This document shows, piece by piece, positions 43,545 to 44,875 of a stretch of 44,875 nt of DNA. Numbering within the stretch: position 1 is the first letter of the stretch; each line of letters starts with the position of its first letter. Under the pieces are notes generated by a model that was not told where the DNA came from, did no database searches, and saw only the letters and a program-made list of their open reading frames with translations. The stretch is from Gemmatimonadota bacterium (GTDB lineage: Bacteria > Orphanbacterota > Orphanbacteria > Orphanbacterales > Orphanbacteraceae), in contig JABDJQ010000273.1 in the NCBI GenBank assembly GCA_013002425.1, positions 1 to 44,875 of the forward strand, given 5' to 3'. The position numbers and the translations under genes were made by a program.

Positions 43545-44875
43545 GTGGCGAAATCGAAGACAGGGAAGAACGCGCCGAAGGCAGGAAACGCGCCGATCAG
43601 GCGTATTCACAAGGTGCTGATCGCGAATCGCGGGGAGATTGCGGTTCGCGTGGCGCGCACGCTGCGTGAAACGGGCATGGCGTCCGTGGCCGTCTATTCG
43701 GAGGCCGACGACGGCGCTCCGCATGTGGAAGCGTGCGACGAAGCGATCGCGATCGGTCCGGCCCCCGCCTCGGAATCGTACCTGGTGCAGGAAAAGATAC
43801 TCGCCGCCGCGCGCGACTGCGGCGCTGACGCGATTCACCCCGGCTACGGATTTCTTTCGGAGCGCGCTTCTTTCGCCGAAGCGTGCGAACAGGCGGGAAT
43901 CGCGTTCATCGGCCCCGGCCCCGATGCGATTCGCCTCATGGGGAGCAAGGACGACGCGCGCCGCGCGGCAGAGAAAGCCGGCGTTCCCGTCGTGCCCGGA
44001 TCGAAGGGATCGCTGGTCGACGATGCCGCGATTCTGGCCGTCGTGAAGGAGATCGGCGTGCCCGTCATGCTGAAAGCGGCGGCGGGCGGCGGCGGCAAGG
44101 GGATGCGGCGGATCGAGTCGGCCGAGAACCTTAGCGAGCAGATCGAAAGCGCGCGCCGCGAAGCGGAGGCTTCGTTCGGCGACGGCGCCCTTCTCGTCGA
44201 AAAGCTCGTATCCCCCGCGCGCCATGTCGAGATTCAGATCATCGGCGACAAGCACGGCAACGTACTCGCTCTCGGCGAACGTGAATGTTCGCTGCAGCGG
44301 CGGTTTCAGAAGATCATCGAAGAGGCGCCGTCCGCGGTCGTCGATCCGGAGCTGCGCGAAAAAATGCAGACCGCGGCGTGCGATCTGGCGCGCGCGGCGG
44401 GATACGCGGGCGCCGGCACGGTGGAGTTTCTGCTGCAGGACGACGGCACGTTCTACTTTCTCGAAATGAACACGCGTCTTCAGGTCGAGCATCCGGTCAC
44501 GGAACTCGTGATGGGCGTCGACCTCGTGCGCATGCAGATCGAAGTGGCCGAGGGGCGCCCGCTCTCGCTCGATACGCGCGTCCCCCGCGGACATGCGATC
44601 GAGGCGCGCCTCTATGCCGAAAACCCGGACGCCGGTTTCCTTCCGACGTCGGGCCGCGTGCTCGCGCTTGCATGGCCGGAAGGCGCGCGGGTCGATCACG
44701 GACTGCGCGAGGGAATGGAAGTCGGTACGCACTACGATCCCATGCTCGCGAAAGTCATCGTATGGGGACACGATCGCGAACAGGCGCGCGTGAAACTCGT
44801 GCGTGCGCTCGAACGGACGATCCTTCTCGGATTCGTTACGAACGTAAATTATCTGATCGACCTTCTGAATACGGA
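43545..44875 (+). CDS. liuD: methylcrotonoyl-CoA carboxylase alpha subunit (biotin carboxylase domain), 3'-truncated by the window end
   Basis: Not in the supplied track (no stop within the window). My translation of the frame from GTG 43545 gives ...KVLIANRGEIAVRVARTLRETGM...HPGYGFLSERA...LKAAAGGGGKGMR...EMNTRLQVEHPVTE.... Alternative start GTG 43614. Confidence 0.88.
   Translation, partial: MAKSKTGKNAPKAGNAPIRRIHKVLIANRGEIAVRVARTLRETGMASVAVYSEADDGAPHVEACDEAIAIGPAPASESYLVQEKILAAARDCGADAIHPGYGFLSERASFAEACEQAGIAFIGPGPDAIRLMGSKDDARRAAEKAGVPVVPGSKGSLVDDAAILAVVKEIGVPVMLKAAAGGGGKGMRRIESAENLSEQIESARREAEASFGDGALLVEKLVSPARHVEIQIIGDKHGNVLALGERECSLQRRFQKIIEEAPSAVVDPELREKMQTAACDLARAAGYAGAGTVEFLLQDDGTFYFLEMNTRLQVEHPVTELVMGVDLVRMQIEVAEGRPLSLDTRVPRGHAIEARLYAENPDAGFLPTSGRVLALAWPEGARVDHGLREGMEVGTHYDPMLAKVIVWGHDREQARVKLVRALERTILLGFVTNVNYLIDLLNT

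Noticed and set aside
41391-44771. 1126-aa minus-strand ORF, the second-longest in the track
   Set aside because: It lies exactly antisense to the recognisable liuB, liuC and liuD genes. Its translation is Arg/Asp/His-rich with no recognisable domain. This is the classic shadow ORF of GC-rich DNA.

Overview
Visibly GC-rich (about two-thirds G+C by eye), densely coding bacterial chromosome segment, probably from an uncultured lineage. The two FlgD-Ig / T9SS-type C-terminal domains hint at an FCB-group or Gemmatimonadota-like organism; that is inference only. I support about 31 protein genes. I recognise no rRNA, tRNA, CRISPR array, transposase or phage genes.

Gene blocks:
- 163-17035 (+): a cell-surface locus. 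It holds a cohesin-like lipoprotein, a 21-bp tandem repeat array, and a 3157-aa protein made of about 31 FN3/Ig-like modules plus a dockerin-like segment and a T9SS-type CTD. A membrane-anchored alkaline-phosphatase-superfamily ('sulfatase-like') enzyme and a 1424-aa C25 (gingipain/PorU-like) protein follow.
- 17044-22325: a CBM48 protein, two lipoproteins, a RimB-like protease / RimK / AstE-AspA-like deacylase module, and an ankyrin-like lipoprotein. One of the lipoproteins is a triple YHS/TRASH-like protein interrupted by a single in-frame TGA.
- 22345-25867 (-): a beta-barrel-like / DUF2330-like / DCC-oxidoreductase operon, then an MscS-family channel.
- 25940-34707: a sulfated-glycoconjugate-type cluster. 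It has a sulfotransferase-GT2 fusion, a Wzx-like flippase, two tandem paralogous GT-A-like genes, two more sulfotransferases and a membrane-anchored cytochrome P450.
- 35138-40430: rimJ-like GNAT, an ECF sigma/anti-sigma pair, an EAL-HDOD protein and an Ntn (choloylglycine-type) hydrolase. The sigma pair is bracketed by a ~95-bp inverted repeat and sits next to a 129-nt polypurine tract.
- 40796-44875 (+): a tiny Lys/Ala-rich ORF, then the leucine-catabolic liuB-liuC-liuD genes. liuD runs off the window.

Most interesting items: the in-frame TGA inside a Cys-x-x-x-Cys metal-binding motif (selenoprotein candidate versus pseudogene), the inverted-repeat-flanked sigma cassette with its GGA-rich polypurine tract, the cohesin/dockerin/giant-repeat surface locus whose C25 homologue has Asn at the catalytic-His position, and the sulfotransferase/P450 cluster.

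Many long ORFs in the supplied track, including the 1126-aa one, are antisense shadow ORFs typical of GC-rich DNA.
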